Shown: positions 34,128 to 57,527 of the stretch, in pieces | Position numbering within the stretch: the first letter of the stretch is position 1 | Layout of the letters: every line of letters starts with the position of its first letter | The notes under the pieces: generated by a model | Seen by the model: the letters and a program-made list of their open reading frames with translations, nothing else | Told to the model about the DNA's origin: nothing | Database searches by the model: none | Position numbers and translations under genes: made by a program | Source of the DNA: the human T2T-CHM13v2.0 reference genome, Homo sapiens | DNA length: 64,000 nt | Strand: one strand, 5' to 3' | Assembly (NCBI RefSeq): GCF_009914755.1 | Contig: NC_060932.1

Positions 34128-35947
34128 CTAAGAAATGATTTAAACACACAAACAAAAACTCACTTAAGGATACCTTGACATCTATGTAATTAAGATATGA
34201 CCACATTCCTTGCTTTTCTTACCCATTACTTTTGGAATTTTAATTAAAATCATTAAAAAATGCTAAACATTCAGGAGCATATAAATTATTTAACAGATCA
34301 AATTGTAAAGGCTGATAAGCTGAGACTGGGATTCACAAAGGGTCCTAAATTATACAAATAAAGGGGGATTGGTTTTTTAAAAATTGAAAAGTCAAACTAA
34401 AACAGCAGACACATTAGTTTTAAAGGCACATAAACATCTTTAGGTAAATATAATTAGGGAATGAAGGGACTGAAGGATGCATAAAAATAAACTTTATTAT
34501 CCACCTGATGTTAGAAATTATTGGTTCAAAATTCAATCAGTGCCACACATTCTGCATTTTAACAAATGAGTTTAATTAATTCTATACATAAAATGGTTAA
34601 CAGTGCTTGTTGCACTTATGTAAGTTTTGCTGTTGTTATTAATAACAAAAGCAGGAAAAGCAGGGAAGGCAAAAAATGTGACCAAAACCTAATCATTAAT
34701 TTGACTATCAAGGGATCTGTTATACTCTGGAAATAATTAGTCGTGGAAAACTAGTTGAAACAAATTATCAAGCTTTTTCATGTTAAATGGTAAAACAAAC
34801 TATTAAGATTTTTAAAGAGTACAATTCTTTAAAAGCGAATTGAAGAAAACTCACATGGACCCCATTTTTGGAAAGGATAAAACTGAAATTGAAGAACACA
34901 ACTTGAAAGAACATTGTCAGGAATGATTTCATTCTGTGAGCCTGAGGAGGAATGATACCTGCAGTGCAGCTGTTCTCCATGTTTTCAGTGCCTGGACCAC
35001 CTACGTATTCCTTCCTAAATCATAATCACCTCTGGCTTGCCATAGGAAGAAGCCACTAAGACCTATAAAATCAGATAGAAGCTCTATCTATAAAGCCTTT
35101 CATATAACCTTTATATTTTCTGGTTTCATTGCTCTTGGCTATGTATAAATGACTTCCCTCACTTTAGTTCAAAGCCAAAATGAAGGATCCCACTACTTTG
35201 TTTTGTTTTTGGGAAGGAGCGGGTAGTTTGATAACAATATATTGTTTTAGAGCTGTGGTTAATCGATTTATAGTAATCACAAATAAAGGTATTGGCTCCT
35301 TTCTTTACTCTCACTCTTCTCCTTACACTGACGAAAATGTTTACTAAGACAGCAGATATGCTACCCTCCCAGACCAACCTGAGGATCCGAGATCCATACT
35401 TTAGTATTAAAGTGTCAATATTCAACTACTACTAGGAAGGGCAAAAATGAAAATGGAATTGCTTAAAAACGAACAAAAAAATATTTACTTGTGTTGAGGG
35501 TAATATAATCACACCATGAAGAGCAGATGAGATTTGATTTACTGTCTTATAGAGGATAAAGCAACATGATTTCTTAAAATTATTCTGAAAGTTACCCAAA
35601 GAACATATACATTTAAAACCATTGAAGAGTATTATGTTCATGTTCTAAGAAAGAGGAGGTGAGCATTTCTGGGTTTGGAAAATAACTTTGAAATCTAGTG
35701 TGAATACAAGTACAGTTCTTCAAACGACAAAAATGTGACAGTGCCAAACATTTTATATATCCCTGAAATTTACTAAGAAAAGGCTCAATAATTTCCTTAA
35801 GCAGTTAACATCAGCTGAGATGATGCAATTGGTTTCTGAAGGGTGAACAAGTTTCTATTTTGACTTTTCAACTACTGAAGTTATTTTCACAAAAAGCAAA
35901 ATGGTCACTTAAAAAGACAAGGTATGCTTATCAACCACAGCTGTTAA

Positions 35948-36800
<853 letters not shown>

Positions 36801-37528
36801 TCAGTAACTTTCAGAGGAGAAAGAAAAACAAGCTCCATCCAAAATAAAAGCATAATATTTGAGTTAAGATCAGTCTAATATAGGAAGAATTTACTTTCTC
36901 CTTAGGAAACTGCTGATTTCAAATAAAGATCCTCCTAGGTATCCCATTTAAATTCAGACAAATTACTAATCATTTAGTGTAAAGAGGTAACAAAACTGAC
37001 ATACCTAATTTGGAAAGTGGAGGCCAAAAGATTCTTTTAATATTCAAAGAAGGGAACATTCTCAATTATGGCTAATATGAAATCTTCTAAGTCCATCTAC
37101 TCATTCCTTTGACATTGTAAGTTCATCTTTTTATAAAGTATTTTGAAATGATACAAGTTGCAAATGTAGTACTGGACTTTGCTATTCACTCCCTCCTTTC
37201 TTTAACTCAACTTTCCTTCCCAATTCCATATTGAAAAAGGCTGTTTAAAATGCCCCATCCAACATGTGCTGCATCTCCACTGGCATTACCTCTCCCTGTC
37301 CTGCAGCTCCCATTATTTTCTTTTTAAGAAAGCTAGCCCAAGTACTTTTGTGAACAGTGATTTTTTTTTACTTTGCTATTATAATAATTAGAATCTTATT
37401 TAAATTTCCCTTACAAAAATATTTACACTTTATGCCACTCAGTCACAGGTTTGCCTGAGTTACTACTGATTCAAGATTACCACTTCAGGTCTTAAGACTT
37501 TGATCCATCCAGAAAATTACTTGGTCAC

Positions 37529-38300
37529 TGTGATATTGTGATATGATAAGAAACATATATTTGATCTCTGCCCCTGGTTCCTGGCACAGAGCTCCTACTT
37601 GGAATTTCCTGCATAATATAAGTGTTTTTTGCTCTAAAGAGGCAACTCTTGGTGGGTTCCTAGTTGGGGGCTAGTCACTAGAAAAACCAAGCTATGATTA
37701 GATGCTTTAAGCTCCACCCCCCCATCCTCCGAGAAGGGGAGTGGGGCTGAAGACTGAGTTAATAATTGATCATGCCTACATGATAAAGCCTCCATAAAAA
37801 TCCCTGAGCTACAGGGTTTGGAGAAATTCCAGGTTGCTGAACACACGAAGGTGCCTGTAGGGTGGCATGGCCAGAGAGGGCATGGAAGCTCTACAGCCCT
37901 TTCCATATACCTTGCCCTGTGCATCTCTTCCATCTGGCTGTTCATCTGTATCTTTTGCCATATGCTTTATCATGAACCAGTAAATGTAAAGAAAGGGCTT
38001 GTCTGAGTTCTGTGAGCTGCTCTAGCAAATGACTAAACCCAAGGAGGGGGTCACGAGAACCTCCAATTTATAGCTGGTCAGTCAGAAGCTCTGAAGCCCC
38101 AGACTTGCAACTGACATCTGAAGTGGGGGCAGTCTCATAGGATTGAGCGCTTAACCTGAGGGATTGGACTCTAACACCAGGGAGATAGTGTGAGAATCAA
38201 ATTGAATCATAGGACACCCAGCTGGTCAGTGTGGGAAAACAAAGAAACCCATATATGGGTCTATAAGTACGTTCAGAAAATAGTTTAACTTTTTTTTCTA
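37529..38300. mobile_element. ERVL-type LTR (MER21-like)
   Basis: tgtgatattgtgatatgataagaaacat start and MER21-like body recognised from recall; end approximate. Confidence 0.65.
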
Positions 38301-38544
38301 CTATAGTCGCTTCTTAGATTCAAAACAAATTTTTAAAGAACAAAATGAAACAAACTCCTTTCTTCTAAACTAAGATTCCAAATGAACACGCTAGTTAATA
38401 CTTAACTCTTTTCTTGATGGCTATATGAAGCAAGCAGTATTACAGAAATACTACTAATATAATACTGTTACATAAACCAAACCCACCAGACATTCAATTG
38501 AAACTCTAAAATCCTTAGTAAGTTAGTCTCAAAAAAATTATGTT

Positions 38545-39116
<572 letters not shown>

Positions 39117-39684
39117 TTAAACATTCCAAAGGCACAATCTTACTGAATACAGTCACTTCTCCTTTAAGCAAGAATAACATGGCTTGATTTTCAATTCATG
39201 GTGTCTGCTAATCAGAAAACAGGTTACATTAGGACAATTAGGCTCTAGGCCCCTCAGCTACTAGTATCTAGCACAACTAGGAATAATGACAAGAGCTTTG
39301 GCATCAGCCATTTGTTTCCAACAGGGGTAAAGGAGGAAATGGTATGTGTGTGCTAATAGAGTGGGAAAAGTAAAGCTGTTATTATGCAAAGAGAGATAGT
39401 CGATGGTGTATTTACTCAGATACATATAGAGTTTTATAGCTATACACTTTTAATTATAGAACCCTATTATTTTAATTCTTGTACAAAAAATAACTTGCTA
39501 TGAATAAAGTTCTCTAGCCCCTAACCCACTTTCCTATTAAAGTAACTGCTTTTATATTTTGATTTTTAAATATAATTTACTTTTGATAACTAAGAGTTTC
39601 TTAGAAACACAGCTACCACATTATAGCAGAACAGAACAAGGATTTCTCAAAATGGACCTATATATACTTTTCATTCATACCAAC

Positions 39685-39811
39685 CTGTAGAACCAGATGT
39701 TGCTTCAGGAGATGATACACTCTGCGTTGGCTTTTCATTTCTCTGGTTTGGTGTAGAAATTATAAGCCTGTCTTGCCCCCTGACACTTATTTCTGTTTTG
39801 TTACCAATTCC
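39685..39811 (-). CDS. NSD3: NSD3 exon 7 (GIGNKTEISVRGQD...SGST)
   Basis: 127 nt, taaag|GGA ... CAG|gttggt. Confidence 0.92.
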
Positions 39812-40007
39812 CTTTAAAATAAGGCAAAAGAAAAAACAACAAAACAGGTGATTACCAGGCAAGTGGCATCATGGGCTTATAAAGATGGCTTAAAATGATC
39901 ATAATTTGCTTAAATTTTATATGGTCTTTGATTGCAATTAAGTTATCTTAGCCTTTATCAGAAATTTGATTAAGTGATCAAGATACTTTTTTTAAAAATT
40001 AAAAACA

Positions 40008-40477
40008 ATTTTTTTTTTTTTTGAGAAGAAGTCTCCCTCTGTCGCCCAGGCTGGAGTGCATGGTGTGATCTTGGCTCATTGCAACCTCTACCACCTGGGT
40101 TCAAGTGATTCTCCTGCCTCAGCCTCCCCAAGTACCTGGGAATACAGATGCGTGCCACCACGCCCTGCTAATTTTTTTTTTTGTATTTTTAGTAGAGATG
40201 AGGTTTCACCATGTTGGCCAGGCTGGTCTCGAACTCTTGACCTCAGGTGATCTGCTCACCTTGGCCTCCCAAAGTGCTGGGATTACAGGCGTTAGCCACC
40301 GCACCCGGCCAAAAAAAATTTTTTTTTAAGATGGAATCTGGCTCTGTCACCTGGGCTGCAGTGCAGTGGTGTGATCTTGGCTCACTGCAACCTCTGCCTC
40401 CTCCCAGGTTCAAGTAATTCTGCCTCAGCCTCCCGAGTAGCTGGGACTACAGGCATGTGCTACCATGCCCAGCTAAT
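40008..40477 (-). mobile_element. Alu plus an adjacent right-arm Alu
   Basis: Reverse consensus. Confidence 0.86.
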
Positions 40478-40874
40478 TCCAAGATACATTTTAAAATGCA
40501 CAGTAAGATCACGTGAGGTAGAGTATTTGTCTAAGTCTAGGTGATAAATGTCACTAAAAAATATACCTGTATCACTCAATTTTCTATAAAAACAAAATAT
40601 TTTCTGGTCTTTATACATATCACAGTAAGAGAACTCTAGTCATTTGCATTTGGTAAAGTGCTCTATTACACAGAAAAAAATGCCAATATGTCTTAAGAGA
40701 CAAGAATACCCCTAGATACAGAAATATGTCACTCATGGTGACCAAAATGTGACCCAATAAGTAATCCGAAGCAGAAAGAAGGCAGGTATAATTAACTTAG
40801 GTCTCCTTTTAGGTATTTTTAATGCAATGGAATAGAAGTAAAGAAGTGATTTATAAACATATATGTATTTTTTT

Positions 40875-41155
40875 GGCCAGGCACCGTGGCTCCTGCCTGT
40901 AATCTCAACACTTTGGGAGACTGAGGCAGGAGAACAGCTAGAGGCCAGGAGTTCAAGACCAGCCTGGGCACCATAGTGAGACCCTGTCTCTACAAAAAAT
41001 TTTTAAAAGGTCTGGCACAGTGGCTCATGACTGTAATCTCAGTGCTTTGGAAGGCCAAGGCAGAAGATCCCTTGGGGCTGCAGTGAGCTATTATTGACCA
41101 CTGCACTCCAGCCTGGGCCACAGAGTGAGACCTCATCTCTTAAAAAGGAAAAAAA
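40875..41155 (+). mobile_element. Old rearranged Alu pieces
   Basis: Alu consensus segments. Confidence 0.78.
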
Positions 41156-42332
41156 TAAATATAAATATATACATGCATATATTTTTAGAGTCTTCATTTT
41201 GAAAAGATCAGTTTTATCTTGAATTTCCTTTAAATAGCATTCTTTGGGGTGGTAGTGACAAAGTTTGACTTGTGCATCAGAAGCAGTAAAACTAGCTCCA
41301 AGAATAAAGCCAATTTGTACTCAAAAAAGATGCAACATACTCATTTGCTATTTGAAAGATGAAAAATATTCATTTGCTATCAAGAGAACCAAGTGGGGAC
41401 TGCAATTCAAGTTTTTGCAGGTAGCTTGGCCTTAACTGAAGTCAGCTGAACCTATGGGCAGACCAGGTTAAAAGAGCACCCTTGACATTTCTCTAGGAAG
41501 ATGTATTACTAATTAAGCATTCCCCTGTTTAACTAATTAATCTGCATATGACTATATTAGGAAAAAATAAGCATAGAATTCTTTAATACACATGAATGAA
41601 ATGCAACTAAATCAGAATCACAAACTCAACACAGTGGGATGGGATGGGATGGTAGTGAAGAGGTACACGGAATAAATACCTACCAATATTATGGAAGAGT
41701 TTTAAAGTCTTCAAGCTAAAGTATAAGTGCCCTAAATGGAGGCCCAGGACAAACTGATGAAGGCACACAGTTTGTAGAGGCTGTTTTTACCCCATTACCC
41801 AAGTTATTGCCACAGCTAATTGTTACAGAACAAACACAGTTCTGGGATTCTCTGAAAGGCAGTTAGATATCGCAAGCCCATAAGAATCTAACAAAATTGC
41901 TGGTGGAACCAAACAGGTCAGCAGGTACAATTATTACAGTGGTTTTTATAACAATGGTTAATTCATATAATTGACAAAAATGATTTTAATAAGAAGTACA
42001 CTTTGCAACTAAGAAAAGCTAACTACGCAAACTAGAAACAGGCAAAGTGCCCAGTTTTTTTCCATGACTTTAGGGAGCTAAGCTCAATTTTGGCTGCACA
42101 GCTCAAGACTAATCTACTACAGATGGGAAAATCACAAAAGAAGGGGATAAAAAAGAAGAAAAACATAGCCTTTTTGCCTGTCTTTTTTGCCCACAGAGTA
42201 CAATGACTGTATGTTTCAAATTCAGTGGGTAGAAAGGGTATTTAAATTATGCCAAGGTCATTGTTTTAAATGCCAAGGTTGACCACTTTTAAAATACCAT
42301 CCCCCAAAAAACTCCACGAAAAAAGGAGGTAC

Positions 42333-42848
42333 CTTTGTTGAATAAACAAATTGATCGATAAATTTCCCATCCCCTGTAGCATTCTGAAGAGCAAACACTT
42401 GTTCAATTTTCACAACTGGAGACATGTTACACTTCTGCAAATCCAGGCTCCCTTTGTGCATCGTAATGGAAGCTGGTAAGGATTTCCTTGCTGCCGCAGT
42501 TTTCCAGGCTATTTTAACAGGCGGTGGCTCTTCCTCTTCCGCACTTGTGTGCCGCCTCTGGCTATGTCTCCGAATTTCAGTACTTGAGAGTGAGGAGGCC
42601 ACCTCCCCTGCATTGGTCTGTTCTGGCTGAGTATTCAGCACAGATCTTGGTCGTCGGGTTTTTTTAACTTCGGTTTTGGAGGCAACACTCTTTTTTGCTT
42701 GGGATAAAGCCTCTTCAGGCTGTTTATCAATGTAAATAAAAGTATACTGTTCTATTCTTTCTTCTCGAGTCATTTTCAATGCTTTCTCTGCATGGGCAAT
42801 GCCAATATCCCACTGAGCACGTTCTCTCTGAGGTCGGGGTTTCCGAAT
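42333..42848 (-). CDS. NSD3: NSD3 exon 6 (IRKPRPQRERAQWDIG...FVYSTK)
   Basis: 516 nt, taaag|ATT ... AAG|gtacct; matches ORF 42258-42779. Confidence 0.95.
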
Positions 42849-44385
42849 CTTTAAAAAAGATAGAGATTATCAGACATGCTTTACTCTAATAGGTACATTA
42901 AAATTGATATGTATTTCCCATGTGATCCTGTTATCTTTTCAGGTCTACATAAATATCTTCAGGTTCTTTGGTCAAACAAGTGGAATGTTCTATCTCCATA
43001 ATTCTGATAAAAAGATATTCGATAACATGAGGATCTACTCTCTTTTATATCCTTCCTTTGCTGATCACTCTGCTGGACAAGGTCCCCAAGAGGGAGACAT
43101 CCTTCTCCTCTCATATACATAAAAAGCTAGTGATAATGAGGGAAAAGAGAACAATGATTACAGAAATGGTTATTTTCAGTGGCTAATAAAACACTAACAT
43201 TAAAAATGATACCCTGAAACTCCCAATTCTCTCCCATATCTCGGGCAGAGGGCAAGTCAGGGGTGCTACAGAGATCACAACAAAGCTACTGGCAGAGTTT
43301 GAACCACAATGCATGCAGGGACAGAATGAAGTGAAAGGACAGAGCCTCAAGGAACAAATGAAAATTAACAAGACAAAGGAGAACAGGCATGGATGAGAAA
43401 AAAGGTAGACCTGAATTATAGTTTCCATAGGTCTCTAGGTCCAGAGTCAATCAGAAGACTTTGGATTGGCAAGAGGGGTAAAAATACTTTGAATAAAGAT
43501 GTGTGAGATGGCCAGAGCAATTAGGAATTATCCAGGTGGCTAGACTGATGTAGCCAGAAATTAGTTAATAAAACTATGAGATAGCATATGTCAAATATTC
43601 ATATATAAATCTGTAAAATGTAAGTCTCATAAAATTAATCAAAATTCTGTGATAAAATTTAGTTTTTCAAGTGTAAAAAATGACAAATTTCTGAATCATA
43701 AGAGACCCACACTAATTTAGTTGAGTTTAAACTCTTAACCAGATTACCAAGAGTTCATGTCAAAATTCTAAAATATCCACCACCACATCAAATATATTTC
43801 CTGATTCCATCACTTGTGTGATCTCGGTTGAACCAGTTACATAAGCTTTCTGTGCCTCAATTTCTTCATCTGTAAAAAGGGGAATAATAGTATCTACCTC
43901 ATACAGGTTGTTATGAATAATAAGTGAGTTAATATATGTAAAATGCTTAAAAGCATACCTGTTTCACAATAGGCACTCATTAAATATTTTTAAAAGTTTA
44001 CTTTCATAAAACAATTTTGTTAAACAAGAATGAAAAGAAATTATGGAAACATGCTGAAATAGAAAAAAGAGTAAAAATCCCTGGCAAAAATCCACATTTC
44101 ACTAGCATCTGGTACACTTATGCACATTAATGAAACTCACAATAGAATTCAATATTAAGCAGGTAGCTAAAGTTTTTAATAGTACTATACGTCGTTTATA
44201 TGACATATAAAACTCATTGGTGTACTTACAAACTTACTAGTCATTTACCATTACGATTAAAACAGCTGAAAGGGGTTTAAAAAAAGGATTCTAATAATTA
44301 TCTGAATTCAAGTATGAAAAATTCTTCTAAATTATTAAGTTCTTTAAAAACCATACTAGGTAAATAATATTAACATGTTAGTTAC

Positions 44386-44540
44386 CTTTTGTTTCTCAGA
44401 GTGATTGCTGGCTTGTTTGGTTGCCTCAGCCAGTAATTCTTCATACTGTTTATGACCTTTATACTCTCGTACCCGTTTTTCATGAACCCACGCCCTCTCT
44501 GGCTGGTTGCTAAAAAACTGGACATGATATTCTCGGGCAC
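44386..44540 (-). CDS. NSD3: NSD3 exon 5, PWWP1 continuation (AREYHVQFFSNQPERAWV...EKQK)
   Basis: 155 nt, tacag|GT ... AAG|gtaact; phase matches neighbours. Confidence 0.94.
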
Positions 44541-44734
44541 CTGTAAGTAAAAATTCTTATTAACCATTTCAGAACATAAGCATTCACATCTACTTTGCCA
44601 AAAATGGGAATCTAACCCAGGTTCCTCAGTATTACTCCCACTAAAACTTGTATGTTTGGATTGTCCAAAGATATGTTCCAATACCCACCAGTTATAGAAC
44701 TAATAGCTACTGTAAAAATCACCACAAATAATTG

Positions 44735-45388
44735 ATTGCACCACTGCACTCCAGCCTGGGTGACAGAGCAAGACTCTTGTCTCAAAACAAAACAAAACAA
44801 AACAAAACAAAATAACATTCTTCTCATTAACTTTTTAACAAAATAGTCATTTTTCATAAAAATATAATTAATGATAGCATGTAAGGAGTTCTTGTTGTTA
44901 GAGACATGGTCTCACTCTATGGCCCAGGCCGGACTGCAGTGGCATGATCCTAGCTCACTGCAGCCTCAAACTCCTGGGCTCAGGCAATCCTGTGCCTTAG
45001 CCTCTTGAGCAGGTAAGACTACAGACATATGCCACATGCTCAGTTAATTAATAAATTTTTTTGTTGCTTTTTTTTGTAGAGATGGGAGTCTTACTATGTT
45101 GCTCAGGCTGGTCTCAAACGCTTGGCCTGAAGTGATCCTCCTGCCTCAGCCTCCCAAAGTGCTGAGATTACAGGCATGAGCCACTGGCCCCAGCCTATGA
45201 TAGGTTCTTATTTTTAAATAAATCAATAAATATTTTGAAATTTTCTCAGCTTTAATTTCTTTTTTTCTTTAAACTGAGATGGGGTCTTGCTATGTTGCCC
45301 AGGCTGGTCTTGAACTCCTGGGCTCAAGCAATCCTCTTGCCTCAGCCTCCCAAAGTGTTAGAATTACAGGTGTGAGCCACTGCGCCTG
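44735..45388. mobile_element. Alu fragments (+ 44735-44812; - 44900-45195; - 45275-45388)
   Basis: Alu consensus segments. Confidence 0.82.
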
Positions 45389-46540
45389 CATCTCAGCTTT
45401 AATTTCTAAATTTAAATAACATTAGATATAACCCACGTAAACAAAAGCCTTTTTGAGTCCTCAAGTTTTAGGAGTAAAAGGGGTCCTGGGACCACAACAT
45501 CTGAGAACTGCTGATTAAGGGCAATGCTACTCTGAAATTGGTTTGACAAACAAGCCAGTCTGGGACAAAAGTAAGTACAGAAGTTGAGTAAGCATTGAGA
45601 AGCTCTGACAGCAATTTGACATTGTTATGATATCTAGACACATGATCAAGAATCTTGCACTAGGTGTTTTTTCAGGGGAAGGGCATTCTTTTTTTTTTAA
45701 ATAATTAAGTTTGGTTGTATTTTACAGAGGTATTAGTACATAGTAGACTAGACATTTGAAAAAAGTAAAAAAAAACTGATCTTTTGCGAAAAATAGTCTG
45801 AAAAATACTGTTCTAGAGAAAAAGTATTAGATCAATGGAGAAATGCAGGAACTGATCTTTTCAGAGAACCCAAAGTAATTAGGAAGAAAAAGGCAACAGT
45901 GGACTCAGATTTTCATATCATCTCATCTGAGAATAAAGACCCAAGCACAAATCTAATTATAATTAGTCAAAGAAGATTTATCTGAAATCCAAAGGGTTTT
46001 TGGGGGGAAAAATAGAAATATAACCTAAACTAATAAGTGAATTTCAAGGACAGGGTAGTGGGTACAGGTATTCAGATTAAAAAAACATAGTACATAATGT
46101 TTCCAAACATCAGAGTTATTTCTTCAGATATGAACAGATAATCCCAAAGGACTTAACATAAAAGCCGAAATTTATAGATAACACAATTTCATTTTAATCT
46201 GTATTTTCAACTTCTTCCCCCATTAAATCATTTACTAGAGAGGAAACAAGACAAACATTTTGCCTATTTGTTAGCACTTTGTTTCCTGACACCTGGAAAA
46301 CTATGAAATAAGACTGAAATAAGAAGCTACAGACCTGAAAAGTCAAGAAACAAGCACATCTGTCTCTGACTGAAGAGCTAAATTTTTAATGAGTCCTAAA
46401 TAATAAAATACAACTTAAAATAGAATTGTGATCCAAACATCTTTCAACATGCTCTTACAAATAATTATTACATCTTTATGTGTGAAAAACTGTTAAGTAC
46501 ATTTTCCAGTGCTAAGAATCTAATAAAAATACTGACTAAT

Positions 46541-46842
<302 letters not shown>

Positions 46843-47109
46843 AAAAATACTGACTAATAACAATATGGAAACCAGTGATTACTATATATGATTAAGATAA
46901 ATTTTACAAAGTTGCTTAGATAGAAAGCAACACAGGAGATTCACTCATTTCTCTGGGTATCTCCCATGTATACATGCAGTATATGTGCTATTAAAAAAGT
47001 AATGATCAGCATAAAATGCTTAATAGGCATCATGCGTGGAACATAATTAACAGAATTTTTAGGCTGTGTTTTTTTGGTTTTCAGAAAAACTGTCAGAAAA
47101 CTACTGCAT

Positions 47110-47780
<671 letters not shown>

Positions 47781-47936
47781 ACTACTATAGAAAAATAATT
47801 TAAATTTTTATTAAAATATATAGGTTAAAATATATGCATTTCTTAACCTAAAATTTCAGACTTCTGGTAGTAATATAAACAAAATCGGTTTTTCCAGCAC
47901 TAAAGTAGGAAACTGCCTGGGGGTACCAGGCTAGAA

Positions 47937-48252
<316 letters not shown>

Positions 48253-49783
48253 TAATTAATAAAACTAAATGTAAATACTTCCTTTGAAATACAGATGAGA
48301 CATAAATTGTGCTTTCATTTGTATCTTGAAAAAAGCTGAAATCTGCAGGTTTTCATAAAGTAATTGAATATGAAACTCTTTATATAATCTCAACAGTATG
48401 CTTTCCTCAGGGGACAGAAGTGAAGATCCAGAGTTCTGACATGATGTAACTTCTTAGAGAGTTCTGGAGGCCTAGATGTGGACATGAATTGTTTTATTTA
48501 AGAAAGCATGGTCTTCTTGGAAAATCCTTGTCTTTTCTTTTCCCACTCATATAACCATAGATTATTAGAGGGGTAGGGTACTTCAGAGATGACTAGTCCA
48601 ATACCCTTCTTATATAAATGAAGGAACTATAATAAGACTGCCTCCTCCAACCTCTGTAAATGATGACTAGGTGAATTTAACTGCTTTCCCTGTAATATAA
48701 GGCAGTGTTTAGGAGGAGAGGTTATGAAATTAAGATTTCTTTGAGATTCTGTTTACCTATTTAAAATATGGGATAATAAAAGTACCTACTTCACTGTGTT
48801 GCTGCTATGAGGATTGGATAAGAAAATATATAAGAGAACTACTGAACACAGGACCTTGCACTAAAGCAGACACCCAACAATGCTGGTTTTTCACTTCTGC
48901 CTCGCTGACACATCCCGTCTCCTAACCTTTAATCAGCAGGTCACATTGACAAGACGAAAAATGGTTGAGCCAGATGGCCTTCTATACTGGGAGAGATTCT
49001 TGGTTATGCAGCACAAGAATCACAGATATGGCTGATCCTATCACAAATGTGCCTTGCCAGACATAAAGAGATACTTTTTCCCTTCAGAAGAGTGAACAAG
49101 GACCAAGACAGATGGTTTAAAGTAAAAGAAAAAGAAACAGGTACAAACTTGTCACAGACAATGAGGAACTCTACACATGACAAGAGTCAATTCACAAAGT
49201 TAACACCCAGAAGTAAGTTCCAAGCTCAAACCTTTCTTTGGCTACTAAGCAAGTTCATTTCAAATGCTAGAATCTCAGCAATCTACTCCACATCATTCTT
49301 TGGTCAAATCCCAGAAAAGGAGTAGAGAAAAGTTAGAATTGTCTTTCTTAATTTTTATTAACATTCCTAAGGTAGGATTCTATATTATATAGCAACCTTC
49401 AGGCTACATGTCATATCAAATTTACAAGGATGCCCCAGTAAATTTACCGATTCAAGAATGGAGTGTAGAGGAAAAAAAAGCATCCTGCAAAATTTGCCAG
49501 GATGAAAAGTACTTGTCTGGGTAAAAAATTACTATCCATAGCAGTCAACGATGAAATAAAAATGTTCAAAGAAGGCTTGGCGCAAATGCTTATTAAGTTC
49601 ATATAAAACATCTGATCGCTTGTCCATATGCTTTCTTTAGGAAATATGAGGTCATATTTTCAGTCAGATTAAGGTCTTTAAAAAAAGCAAGTGTAAGCAA
49701 ATTATAAGCAAATGTAGGGTATCATAAGGGAAACAAGGACTGCATTAGCCATAGAAGCACTCTGCAATTTAAAATGACTATCA

Positions 49784-50121
<338 letters not shown>

Positions 50122-50259
50122 TCCACAAAACTGATACGGATATGCACATTTTTGTATCAGATTATATATTACGTGTGTATTCTTATATTCACATACAACA
50201 TTTAAAAGTCACTTTTATTTCCAACCTTTTACTTAGTATCTGTTTATGCCTTTTCTTAC

Positions 50260-50422
50260 CTCTTGTGTTAATTTTAGTATGAACCTCAAGCTGGGGATCA
50301 CTTGAAACCATACAAGGCCACCAAGGATAGGTTCCCACCTTGGACCACACAAGATCGCCAACCTGAAACTTAACACCAGTGGACACTTCCGTTGTTGGAA
50401 CAGAAGATAGTATTGGCTGAAC
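50260..50422 (-). CDS. NSD3: NSD3 exon 4, PWWP1 start ([18 protein letters not shown])
   Basis: 163 nt, tgtag|GTT ... AGAG|gtaaga; literal PWWP motif. Confidence 0.96.
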
Positions 50423-50423
50423 C

Positions 50424-50836
50424 TACAGGAAAGGGTCAAAAAACTTCATCAGAAATTCAAAAAAAGAAACTATGTATAAAGTACATTAAAAATGCTAACA
50501 ATGTAATTTTATCTTCAGTTATACTTTGATACAGGAAAGTGTCAAAAAACATCAGAAATTCAAAAAAAGAAACTAGGTATAAAGTACATTAAAAATGCTA
50601 ACAATGTAATTTTATCTTCAATTATACTTTGATACAGGAAAGGGTCAAAAAACATCAGAAATTCAAAAAAAGAAACTAGATATAAAGTACATTAAAAATG
50701 CTAACAATGTAATTTTATCTTCAATTATACTTTGATACAGGAAAGGGTCAAAAAACATCAGAAATTCAAAAAAAGAAACTATGTATAAAGTACATTAAAA
50801 GTGCTAACAATGTAAATTTATCTTCAATTATACTTT
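50424..50836. repeat. Tandem repeat, ~103-bp unit x4, abutting the exon 4 acceptor
   Basis: Units start tacaggaaag at 50424, 50530, 50633, 50736; near-identical. Confidence 0.93.
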
Positions 50837-50974
50837 TCTCTGATGCCTCCTATCTAAAACTAGCAAAAGGGAAGGAGGAAAAATATTAATAAGCCCCACC
50901 CCAAATACTGAAGATAGGATTGATGGTTTCTGTTGCCAAATTATTAACAAGGCATGTTAAGAATACACATGATC

Positions 50975-52710
<1,736 letters not shown>

Positions 52711-53279
52711 CTAAAACCCTTTAGGGAGGCAATTTGGAAGTAGCTATCAAAATTCAAGATATGTACACTCTTCCATCTAGCAATCACATTGTAGAAATTT
52801 ATTCTATAGAAATATCCAAAACAAGAAAATCTAAGCAGAGGAATGGTAACTACAGTATTATTTCATGTCAGTAATCTGCATGTCTACCAATATCTTCCAA
52901 TTTTTTATTTAAAAATATGTAATTTATACATGCCTTGAAAATATTTGGTACAATGTAAACAAAATTGATACCAGTAATTATCTTTTGGGAATGACATGAG
53001 GGAAATGGTGAAGGAAGATATTCTATACCTTTTTATTATTCGTCTTTTCTGTAAAAAAAAAACCAAATTACTTCTACAATTTAAAAGATTTTTAAAATAT
53101 GTTACTTGTTAGAGAACAGAATTTAATTTAGATGGCTTAAAAAGAGGGTATAGCCATTAAAGTAGGTCTTCACTCCACTAAAAGAATATGATTAATTCTA
53201 AAAGCTACTTAAAATTCTCATTCTATTATTTCAAAACATTTAAAGACACTGTTGTGAAAACAAAGTTTTATTAAATTAA

Positions 53280-57527
<4,248 letters not shown>

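Noticed and set aside
50424-50836. Regularly spaced repeats as a CRISPR-like array
   Set aside because: Units are contiguous with no unique spacers, in a eukaryotic intron.
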